Below are positions 1-7,799 of a stretch of DNA of 31,208 nucleotides, in pieces; the stretch's first letter is position 1, and the number at the start of each line of letters is the position of its first letter. Origin of the DNA: a virus (Duplodnaviria > Caudoviricetes). A program made the position numbers and the translations under genes. The notes beneath the pieces are model-generated. The model searched no databases, was not told where the DNA came from, and saw nothing but the letters and a program-made list of their open reading frames with translations. The stretch is taken from positions 1 through 31,208 of IMG/VR virus record IMGVR_UViG_3300031673_000318; one strand, given 5' to 3'.

Positions 1-382
1 TTTTGGGGGTCAAGCTAACAGGGGTCTCACCCGACATAGCACGCATTTTATGGATTCGCAGCGTCGCGTCTGCGCTGTCGAGCTCGTAGTCACCCTTTGG
101 CCCGGACTGCTTCCCCTCCAGATACCCTTTTAATCCAGCTTTGTCGTTGCGAGTCAGAATTTTCTGACCCTTCTCACTGGTAGGCAGAACGATAGCGTGG
201 TTGGGGTAGAAGTCGAAGAACTTCCCCACCATCGTGGCTAAGGCCCCAGGGTAGCCGCTAGAGGATTGCACAGCCTGGCTGAACTGCCAAAACTGATTTT
301 TCCTCGGCGGTCCCTTCCCTGGCTCGTAGTTGCGGACAGCCGTGATGGTGACGTTGTAGGATGCTGGCCCTTTTTTAGCCAT
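1..382 (-). CDS. Hypothetical protein, 3' end runs off the window
   Basis: ATG at 382, 10 nt after the previous stop; I translated MAKKGPASYNVTITAVRNY...ETPVSLTPK with no stop to the window edge. Not in the ORF track. Confidence 0.75.
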   Translation of the reverse strand, partial: MAKKGPASYNVTITAVRNYEPGKGPPRKNQFWQFSQAVQSSSGYPGALATMVGKFFDFYPNHAIVLPTSEKGQKILTRNDKAGLKGYLEGKQSGPKGDYELDSADATLRIHKMRAMSGETPVSLTPK

Positions 383-392
383 GCTGCACCGG

Positions 393-1127
393 CTACGCGG
401 GTCCTGAAGCCAGCAACTGTATCGCTAGAGGATGGAATCCTGCGCGTTGCGCTGCGATGCGGGGCTCGGTGGAGGTCGCCCAGTCTGCTGCCTCATCGGT
501 GATCTGGATGATCGGGATGTATTGCACACCATCGATGACCACCGGGTGGGGCTCAGCAGAAGCCTGCATCTGTTGCTGCTGCTCCTGCTTCTTTGGCGCG
601 TGTGCTCCCCAGTCTACGGTGGGACCTTCTTTGCTAGGAACCTCCGCTGGAGACGTTTCAGTAGAGAAAGTGGCCCCCAAGCCCTCGGCGCTCTTGAGCG
701 CTTCAATGGCGGTATCAGCACCTTGAACCAGCTGCTTCATCGCACCACTAAGCTTGCTGAGTTTGGCTTTCTCAAGTTGAGCGGAAAAATCTGTTAGGCC
801 ACCCTTGAGGTCGCCCCAGTTTTTCAGTGCAGCAGACTTCTCGTCGTAAGAGCCTGAAGAGAACTTTTTCGCAAGCGCATCAATCTCGCTGTACGCCTGC
901 TGCATCAACTCACCGATACGCTGGTCTGTAACAGCCCCGGCAATTTTCTTGGACAGGTTTGCCAGCTTCGTGAGCGCTTCAATAGCGGCTACGTTCTCGG
1001 AAGCAGTTTTTGCCAACCGGTAAAGCCACCCTGCGTGCTTGATGAACTCTGGTGTCTCACCAAGACGACGCTGGTAAAGCTGACCCGCTACCCGAATGTA
1101 TTGGGGAGTGCCCATGAGAAACTCCAT
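393..1127 (-). CDS. Hypothetical phage protein with repeated P-x-[YF]-I-x-x-x-G-x-L-Y motif; possible head/internal protein
   Basis: 244 aa ORF co-oriented with its neighbours; TPQYIRVAGQLY and TPEFIKHAGWLY repeats, helical middle. Start could be the ATG at 1115. Confidence 0.7.
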   Translation of the reverse strand: MEFLMGTPQYIRVAGQLYQRRLGETPEFIKHAGWLYRLAKTASENVAAIEALTKLANLSKKIAGAVTDQRIGELMQQAYSEIDALAKKFSSGSYDEKSAALKNWGDLKGGLTDFSAQLEKAKLSKLSGAMKQLVQGADTAIEALKSAEGLGATFSTETSPAEVPSKEGPTVDWGAHAPKKQEQQQQMQASAEPHPVVIDGVQYIPIIQITDEAADWATSTEPRIAAQRAGFHPLAIQLLASGPA

Positions 1128-1144
1128 CTCTTTGAGGGTTGGTC

Positions 1145-1933
1145 TCAGTCGCCCGTATTTACGAATTTCTCGGCAAACGCCTTGTCACCGTAAGCACGGG
1201 TGAAGAAGTCCACCAGGAATTTCTTCTGCTCAGCTTTGGCCTTCGGAGCCTTCTCCGTAACGTCGACCACTGCTAGGCGGTCCACTGTGAGGGATTGCCC
1301 GTTGGCCTTCACCGTCACGGTGTCATTACCTACCTTGGAGACCTCTCCCTGCTGCAGAATTCCCTCGTAGGAAAAACGCACCCGGTCACCAGGTTCTAGG
1401 CTGTTGATGCCTGCGGTCACGAGATCAACCAGGCGAAGACGGTGATGCACACTAGCAGTGCGCTCACGAGACAGACGCTCGCGCATGATCTCGTCCAGGT
1501 CATCCTTCTCCGCACGAGCTAGGAAACGCTCGTTGCCATCGGTGAGGACTTCCCAGATCACTTTCTCGCTGTCCATGTACTTCGCTTTGCCCACCGACAG
1601 CATCTTGTGCGACTGTACATCCTCCATAGGACGGAAGCGTCTGTTCTTGCTCACAAAAGCCGTGACACGGTCGAGCTCGGGATACAAACGCACGCTCTCG
1701 AGAGTCAGTCTGACGTTGCCGTTGAAGGAGGACGTGGCCCACTGGTCCAATTCAGAACGCTTGGGATGTCCCATTTCCTTCGTGAAGGCAATCATGACCC
1801 GTGCTTCGTGGGGACTCGTGATCGCGTAGTCTGTGAGCTTCAGATCGAAACGTCCGCTCCTGGTACTGGCTACACGCTGGTTCAGGCGTGTGCTCAACCG
1901 GCTGGCAATGTCATTTTTGATGAAGTCCGACAT
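1145..1933 (-). CDS. Jumbo-phage protein with C-terminal SH3/KOW-like domain, probably virion-associated
   Basis: Strong SD (AGGAGAGAAGGAA) before ATG; C-terminal LEPGDRVRF...GEVSKVGNDTVTV has an SH3-like pattern. Function is inference. Confidence 0.7.
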   Translation of the reverse strand: MSDFIKNDIASRLSTRLNQRVASTRSGRFDLKLTDYAITSPHEARVMIAFTKEMGHPKRSELDQWATSSFNGNVRLTLESVRLYPELDRVTAFVSKNRRFRPMEDVQSHKMLSVGKAKYMDSEKVIWEVLTDGNERFLARAEKDDLDEIMRERLSRERTASVHHRLRLVDLVTAGINSLEPGDRVRFSYEGILQQGEVSKVGNDTVTVKANGQSLTVDRLAVVDVTEKAPKAKAEQKKFLVDFFTRAYGDKAFAEKFVNTGD

Positions 1934-2034
1934 TTCCTTCTCTCCTAGTAACCATCAGTGGTTTGTCCATAAATTGAACGACAAGTCCCAAGAGAAAACG
2001 AAACATACCTAGACAACCTTGGGCTTAGCCGCAA

Positions 2035-2046
2035 CTACATATAGAG
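2035..2046. promoter_or_regulatory. CTACATATAGAG motif, candidate late promoter or operator
   Basis: 11/12 match to CTATATATAGAG at 24674-24685; both are intergenic and head putative virion gene blocks. Confidence 0.35.
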
Positions 2047-2098
2047 GTTAACTTGAAACCAGAGTTGTGGAGGACGGAGCGGAAGAAGATTTTGTGAT

Positions 2099-2950
2099 CT
2101 ACTTAGACAGCTTCGATCTAGGAATTTCAACACAGTACCGGGTGCACCAGTCCGTGAAAACAGACGGACCAATACCAAGAGCAGCACACATGCTTTTTAC
2201 GTTGGCCCAGCGCTGCACGCACAAATCCAGAACGCGTTCAATAGGAAGCTCGAGCTCCTGCTCCAACCGAATTATCTGAGGCGGCTTGTAACGGGAGCAC
2301 CCTTTGCTGCAGTAGGTAAACCCGGACTTTACAATCATTTTCCTACGGGACTCAATTTTATGCTCGCACACTACACAGACATTTTCCGGATGCACACGCA
2401 CCACAAGCTCGTTCCCACTGTCCATCGCAATGGTTTCCTTGAGCGCACCCTGGCTTAGCTGCCGAAAGGTCCTGTTTAACAGCGAACGCAGGGCCCCTAC
2501 CTCTCTGTCAAGCAAAAATGAAAGCTCGTTTAGGTTGAGAGCATCCCGCTCATGGCGTAAACGGTAAAACAAAATACAGTTCAAGGACCATGGATCTTCC
2601 GTATGGAAAGCGCAGGAGGACACCAGGCAGGGCTGGTACATGTCGATACCAAGCTCTGGACAGTGGAACGGCGGCTCTGTGGAACGGTGGTTGAAGCGGT
2701 TGCTCACCAGCTGCTCGCGCTGTGCAAAAAGAGGCGTGATAAACTCAAGGACCTCTTTAGTAGTAGCGGGGGTGATGTTGTCGTAAAGAAGACGCACGTT
2801 GTGCAGCATGGTCAGACATGGCCACACGTCTGAAGCAATGCACGACGCTGCTATCTCTTCTTCAGGCATCTTGACTCTCTTCAACAACTTACATAGGTCT
2901 CTGCATACCTCGTAAGACGGGCAATCCAGGCGCACCTTCTTTGCGGACAT
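2099..2950 (-). CDS. Cys-rich zinc-finger / helix-turn-helix protein, putative transcription regulator
   Basis: CPELG..C..SSCAFH..C cluster, sigma region-4-like helix (LNLNELSFLLDRE), CVVC...YCSKGC treble-clef-like finger, C-terminal HTH-like NVKSMCAALGIGPSVFTDWC. ATG at 2950 preferred over TTG at 2968. Confidence 0.65.
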   Translation of the reverse strand: MSAKKVRLDCPSYEVCRDLCKLLKRVKMPEEEIAASCIASDVWPCLTMLHNVRLLYDNITPATTKEVLEFITPLFAQREQLVSNRFNHRSTEPPFHCPELGIDMYQPCLVSSCAFHTEDPWSLNCILFYRLRHERDALNLNELSFLLDREVGALRSLLNRTFRQLSQGALKETIAMDSGNELVVRVHPENVCVVCEHKIESRRKMIVKSGFTYCSKGCSRYKPPQIIRLEQELELPIERVLDLCVQRWANVKSMCAALGIGPSVFTDWCTRYCVEIPRSKLSK

Positions 2951-3006
2951 AACAACCCCAACTTGCAAAAGTAGTGTGAGCTAGAGTTGGCCTAAACCAA
3001 CCCGCA

Positions 3007-3041
3007 GAAGGTAATATGGAAGGTAATTGGGGGAAGGTAAT
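3007..3041. repeat. Three direct repeats of GAAGGTAAT in an intergenic region
   Basis: Exact copies at 3007-3015, 3019-3027 and 3033-3041, enclosed by the inverted repeat AGCTAGAG (2979-2986) / CTCTAGCT (3046-3053). Confidence 0.85.
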
Positions 3042-3059
3042 GGGTCTCTAGCTTAGAAG

Positions 3060-3767
3060 CTAGAAAGACTCATCAAATAGTGACGCTGCCCGACTGGCCT
3101 TACGGCTGTCTGTAGCTGCTGCTGTAGCAGGCTTCTTGGACTTGTTTTTTACGCCCTTTGGACGACCACGCTTCTTGGGTGCGTCGGCTTCAGGTGTGGC
3201 CTCAGCGTCCTTGTTTTTTACACCCTTTGGACGACCACGCTTCTTGGGCGCGTCGGCTTCAGGTGTGGCCTCAGCGTCCTTGTTTTTTACACCCTTTGGA
3301 CGACCACGCTTCTTGGGCGCGTCGGCTGCCTTCGCGTCGGTAGCTTTCTTGCTACCCTTTGGACGACCACGCTTCTTGGGCGCGTCGGCTGCCTTCGCGT
3401 CGGTAGCTTTCGCGTCGGTAGCTTTCGCGTCGGTAGCTTTCTTGCTACCCTTTGGACGACCACGCTTCTTGGGCGCGTCGGCTGCCTTCGCGTCGGTAGC
3501 TTTCTTGGGAGCAGCCTTTTTGGCGGTGGCTACGGGAGCCTCCACCTCGGCATCACTCGCAAGATCTTCGTCTGCGAAGTAGTACTGTACCATCGCCTTC
3601 GGAAGTGTGTACGTGCGGAGCTTGTTGGGGGCACGTCCCTTGGTTTTGTGCACAGCTTGTACGACGTACTCGGCGCCGCTGGCGTTTACCAACAAGCACT
3701 CGGTGACGGGCAGCTTTGCGCCGCGAACTCCTACTAATGTGATCTGCTGGGATGTCTTTTTGGCCAT
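3060..3767 (-). CDS. HMGA-like DNA-binding protein with five AT-hooks
   Basis: SD AAGGAGG then ATG at 3767 (MAKKTSQ); five KKRGRPKG motifs in a Lys/Ala-rich low-complexity region after a ~65 aa globular N-terminus; ends SLFDESF. Confidence 0.85.
   Translation of the reverse strand: MAKKTSQQITLVGVRGAKLPVTECLLVNASGAEYVVQAVHKTKGRAPNKLRTYTLPKAMVQYYFADEDLASDAEVEAPVATAKKAAPKKATDAKAADAPKKRGRPKGSKKATDAKATDAKATDAKAADAPKKRGRPKGSKKATDAKAADAPKKRGRPKGVKNKDAEATPEADAPKKRGRPKGVKNKDAEATPEADAPKKRGRPKGVKNKSKKPATAAATDSRKASRAASLFDESF
3141..3508. repeat. Intragenic tandem repeats encoding the AT-hooks
   Basis: CCCTTTGGACGACCACGCTTCTTGGG recurs at 3154, 3223, 3292, 3355 and 3448 (spacings 69, 69, 63, 93 bp), with nested 15-bp KATDA units. 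Confidence 0.9.
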
Positions 3768-3780
3768 GTTTAGCCTCCTT

Positions 3781-5421
3781 CTATGTGCTTTCTTCTTCAC
3801 TGTTCGATGACTCTGTGAGGTCCCAACGCAACCTCACGAATCTGTTAAACCGAGCTTTTGCTACACTGACCTTATCGCCCTGTAGCTTAATGTCCACCTT
3901 AACGCCGACTAACTCGGCACGACGTTGCCAGTATTCCATGCGTTCGTCTTGACCTGCCTTGAAGAGGAAACCTCCACCAACATTAACTTTTTCTCCATTA
4001 AGGTCAACAACAAACGCACCCAGCCGCTCGCTGTAGCGGTAGGATACAGCACCATCGAGATGTGTCGAAATTCGACGGTCACGATCATCTTTCACAAGCG
4101 TGCGTAGATGCTCTGCAGCTGCCTCCGGATCGTCTACGTAGGCGTTGAAGTAGTAACCATCATCCTCGACACCATCGAACTCGGTGACCATTGCGTCGCG
4201 GATGATGCTTTTGTCTCGGGGAGATGCAGCAGAATGCTGCTTGGTTCCAGCCACCGTCCCAACGATGGTGGCGGTCTCGTCTTTCACAGGCTTGAGCTTG
4301 AGCACGTATTTGTGCGCACGGTCGAACACATGCGGTGCATTCATCATCTTGATCATGGTTCCCTCGAAGCCACCATCAAGGGACCAGGCATGAAAAGCGT
4401 CAAGGGCAGCTGCGTCAGGGATGACCTTGTGTCCAAGCACGTAAAGGTTATCCGTCGCCTGACGGACCTTTGCGTACAAACGTGTAGCTCCTGCTGCCCG
4501 CATGAGAAGCTGCTTGCGGTCCTTCCAGGGCATCTCGTACTTCTTTTTCATGTAATCTTCGACAGGAGCCCAGTCGAACAAAATCACACGAGTCTTTGCC
4601 AAGAAGTCCTCCTCATCAAAGGTCTCCGTCTTGCTCACCACACTGGACGTCTCGTTCCAGTCAGTAGCCAAAAACTCGCCATCGAGGAAGAGGGGTGTGT
4701 TTTTCGGCGCACCGCGTAGCTCGTTAAGCGTTGCAGCGAACGCGATGCACTGGTCGATGAGAGATTCTACACCCTCTATTTCAGCTTTGCGTAGTAGACC
4801 ACGCGTGTGCACCTGAAGCTCATGCTCATCAGGGAAGATGTAAAGAAGGGCACGCTCACCATCCAACTTGAACTCCGCTGTTACAGGGAATTCGAGAGGC
4901 TTCTTCTCGGTCACCACCTTCTCAAAGTCTTTGGCCAGGCAGCATCCGTGGTAGTGAAATTCTCCCTCTTTTGTGCCTGTCCAGAAACCTGAACCGTAGA
5001 TTTTCTCGATGGTAGTACGACCAACACCAATGCGAAGGTCATGGTCTAACACGCGCAGGTACCACTTACGGACGCGTGGGTGGCACTTGGCGAGGAAGTT
5101 TGTCATCTTCTCGCGTGCTGTGTTTCCTGTAACGCGCCGTGCTGTAAGCGCGTCCAAAGCGATGAGAAATGACTTGAACGATTCTAGTGTACCGTAGCCG
5201 TTCTCAGCAGACGGAACGTCCTCCTTGAAGCGCACGTAGTACTTGTCGGTACCCAGCGCCTTCAGAAAAAACTCCTGCAGCACCGGGTTGGATTTGCTCT
5301 CCTCAACGATCCCCTTACGAACTTTGGGACCTGCCGCGTTCTCAAGCTCCTCGAGCACAAGTATCGCGGCTTTGAACGTGTCTATCTCGAGTGTCTCGAG
5401 GTACGAGTTGTCTCTCGGCAT
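3781..5421 (-). CDS. lig: ATP-dependent DNA ligase
   Basis: Motif I EFKLDGER, III FLDGEF, IIIa LFDW, IV EGTMIK, V LKLKP, VI RFNRFVRLRWD. Confidence 0.93.
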   Translation of the reverse strand: MPRDNSYLETLEIDTFKAAILVLEELENAAGPKVRKGIVEESKSNPVLQEFFLKALGTDKYYVRFKEDVPSAENGYGTLESFKSFLIALDALTARRVTGNTAREKMTNFLAKCHPRVRKWYLRVLDHDLRIGVGRTTIEKIYGSGFWTGTKEGEFHYHGCCLAKDFEKVVTEKKPLEFPVTAEFKLDGERALLYIFPDEHELQVHTRGLLRKAEIEGVESLIDQCIAFAATLNELRGAPKNTPLFLDGEFLATDWNETSSVVSKTETFDEEDFLAKTRVILFDWAPVEDYMKKKYEMPWKDRKQLLMRAAGATRLYAKVRQATDNLYVLGHKVIPDAAALDAFHAWSLDGGFEGTMIKMMNAPHVFDRAHKYVLKLKPVKDETATIVGTVAGTKQHSAASPRDKSIIRDAMVTEFDGVEDDGYYFNAYVDDPEAAAEHLRTLVKDDRDRRISTHLDGAVSYRYSERLGAFVVDLNGEKVNVGGGFLFKAGQDERMEYWQRRAELVGVKVDIKLQGDKVSVAKARFNRFVRLRWDLTESSNSEEEST

Positions 5422-5445
5422 GGTAATTGCCTCGTAATTAGAGCG

Positions 5446-6417
5446 TTATTCGGGGCTCGCTGTTTTCTTGGTGATCTGCGGGTCGCGTGTATTTTTCCAT
5501 TCCTTGTACTTGTAGGTGAACTTTTGCCCCTTGTGAGACTTCACGCCCGCCAGGATGATGTTACCGCGAGCGATGGACAAAATGAGCCCTTCAACACGCT
5601 CTTTAGATACCAGGTCTTTCCACTCCACCCAGTCGCCTGATTCGAACTTAGGCTTCGGTGGACGTTTCGGACGCGCTTTCTGGGAAGCAACCTTGGAGTA
5701 CTGACGGATGAAACCTTCAGCCAGATTCAGCTGCTCCAGATTGTTAAACGACATCACGAAGCCCTTGGCATTCGCGAACACCTCCCGCAGGTCTGCTTCA
5801 ACAGCATGACGCTCTAACCAGCCGCCGAGGAAGTCGGAGGCACCAAGAATCTTCTTCAGTCCTGGCAGCATGCTGCGAACGGTAAGAATTTCTGGAAGCG
5901 ACATGCTGAGGAAAGTACTGAGCTCTGCGTCGTACTCTTTGCAGACGAAGAAGGAGCCACATGAAAAACGCTCGGCGCTCATGACGGTGTCCGCGTCAAG
6001 ACGACGCCCTGCGCTACACCGCTTTTTACCAAGCCACTCACGTTCCCAAAGCGCGCAGTGCTTACATTTGATGGGGATGACGTCACCGGGATGGTACGTT
6101 TTTCCACCGGCAGCCGTGAAGCCACGCTGGACCTCGTAGCTGGAAGCCACATCCGAGGGATCACCTTCCTTTGAAGGCGGCGCGGGTGCCTCTTCGGATT
6201 TAGCGGGCGCAGCAGCTTCCTCTTCGCCTGAGCTCGCTTCTTCCTGCAACTCTTCTTCGGAAACCTCTTCAGATGTAGAAGGTTCATCACCCTCAGGAAC
6301 TTCCTCTTCGGAAGGTTCCTTTGAAGCAGGCTCCACGTTGTCGGGCTCATCGTCGGTCAGTGACGCTTCGAACAGGTCTGGGTCAAGACCCTTGACGACA
6401 TCTTCGTTTTTTGCCAT
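5446..6417 (-). CDS. Hypothetical protein: acidic disordered N-terminus, Cys cluster, C-terminal SH3/KOW-like domain
   Basis: SD GGAG; ~90 aa E/D/P/S-rich N-terminus; CKHC...C...C..C; FESGDWVEWKD...GLILSI. Confidence 0.75.
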   Translation of the reverse strand: MAKNEDVVKGLDPDLFEASLTDDEPDNVEPASKEPSEEEVPEGDEPSTSEEVSEEELQEEASSGEEEAAAPAKSEEAPAPPSKEGDPSDVASSYEVQRGFTAAGGKTYHPGDVIPIKCKHCALWEREWLGKKRCSAGRRLDADTVMSAERFSCGSFFVCKEYDAELSTFLSMSLPEILTVRSMLPGLKKILGASDFLGGWLERHAVEADLREVFANAKGFVMSFNNLEQLNLAEGFIRQYSKVASQKARPKRPPKPKFESGDWVEWKDLVSKERVEGLILSIARGNIILAGVKSHKGQKFTYKYKEWKNTRDPQITKKTASPE

Positions 6418-6453
6418 CTCGTAATGCTCCTCTTGATAGTGGATCGCTAAAGA

Positions 6454-7281
6454 CTAGCTGTCTTCTGTTAACTGTTGGTAACTGTTCGCCACGAGGGCGA
6501 CATCTTTCGCATCTACACAATACTGCTCAGCGACTTCTTCTTCAGTACGTTCAATATCATCATCAGAGTAGAGTAGCATATCTACTGCTTTGCTCAAATC
6601 GGGGCCGACACCATCGATGCCTTCCACCCACTTAAAGAAGCTTTTGATTAGGTCGTCGGGAACACCACCACGGGTAATCATCCCCTCGCAAGCGCTCTTA
6701 AAATCCTCACGCGTAGTGTCTCCCATCAACCGGAGTATCGAAGGAGTAGCTGCTTCATGCGCAAAGATGAACGTTTCTTTTTTACCCGACGCTTGAATAG
6801 CATCCCGGATCTTGAGCATCTGTTGACGGAAGGTGGGACCAGTGTAAGCGGAGGCCACGACAGCTTTTTTACGAGCGCGCTTAGCTGCGGAAAGAGGTAT
6901 ATCAATTTTCAGGCTGACTGCCTCTTCCTCGATACGGCGTAGTAGCTCATCACGACTCTGACGTGGACGCCCCACAATCTTGCCCTCCTCGTCTACCTCT
7001 GCATCCATTAAAGGGACACCCAAGTCAACGAGGTCGGAAGCGTCACCAAAAGCCACCACGAGCCCAATATTAGCTGCATGAGGTGCAAGCTGCCCCAGCT
7101 TCTCAAGTGCACGCAACGCGACAACTTGCCGACGACGCTCCTGTTGAAGCTTCAACGGTTGGTTGTTTGTTTTCGCAGGAAACAAATGGATGTGATCCTG
7201 CTTGTGATTGGCGACTAACACAAAAGCTTCCGGGCTGAAGTAGGCAAACCCAACTGCTTTCACTGAGGAAGGCTGACTCAT
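6454..7281 (-). CDS. Hypothetical protein
   Basis: 275 aa ORF; start overlaps the upstream stop (ATGA); no recognisable motif. Confidence 0.75.
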   Translation of the reverse strand: MSQPSSVKAVGFAYFSPEAFVLVANHKQDHIHLFPAKTNNQPLKLQQERRRQVVALRALEKLGQLAPHAANIGLVVAFGDASDLVDLGVPLMDAEVDEEGKIVGRPRQSRDELLRRIEEEAVSLKIDIPLSAAKRARKKAVVASAYTGPTFRQQMLKIRDAIQASGKKETFIFAHEAATPSILRLMGDTTREDFKSACEGMITRGGVPDDLIKSFFKWVEGIDGVGPDLSKAVDMLLYSDDDIERTEEEVAEQYCVDAKDVALVANSYQQLTEDS

Positions 7282-7790
7282 TTATCGATCCTCCGAAGCC
7301 TTCCGAAAAACAGTTCTCTTAATTCGGGACTGCTTAGCGGAAGTAGCACACTCGCAATGTTTTTGTCAACTTGAAAAATGGCTTTGTCAGATTTTTTTGG
7401 CTTACCCTTGCACGCAGAATGTTCGCAGCTGGCTACCAAGTTGCCGTCTAGCAAGAAAAACGGTACCCACTCAAGTCTTACACCACACACGTTTTTCACG
7501 TAGTCGTGCAGAAAGTCGTCTGTGTCATAGTAGACGTCGTGAAAGCACAGCAGTAGCCAGGCGACTGCTACAGCCAAAGGGCTGTCGGCGGTGCGTTCGA
7601 GTCGACTTAGAATCTGTGGACCACTAAGAGTTCTGTACTTAATGTGGTCACTTTTATGAGCAATAATCCGTACTTCCCCACCACTGGCACCTGGTATTTC
7701 AATCGAGTCAACACCAGGCATCGCATCAAGAAGCCACTGAATTATCTCTGGTGACTCCTTGGACAGCTGAAAAAATGCGTTAGCAATCAT
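7278..7790 (-). CDS. Hypothetical protein
   Basis: 170 aa ORF filling the gap between sbcC and the next gene in the same orientation. Confidence 0.65.
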   Translation of the reverse strand: MIANAFFQLSKESPEIIQWLLDAMPGVDSIEIPGASGGEVRIIAHKSDHIKYRTLSGPQILSRLERTADSPLAVAVAWLLLCFHDVYYDTDDFLHDYVKNVCGVRLEWVPFFLLDGNLVASCEHSACKGKPKKSDKAIFQVDKNIASVLLPLSSPELRELFFGRLRRIDK

Positions 7791-7799
7791 TGCTCACTA

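Noticed and set aside
3141-3508. 26-bp repeats at 63-93 bp spacing as a CRISPR array
   Set aside because: The intervening sequences are themselves repeated and in frame; they encode AT-hook units.
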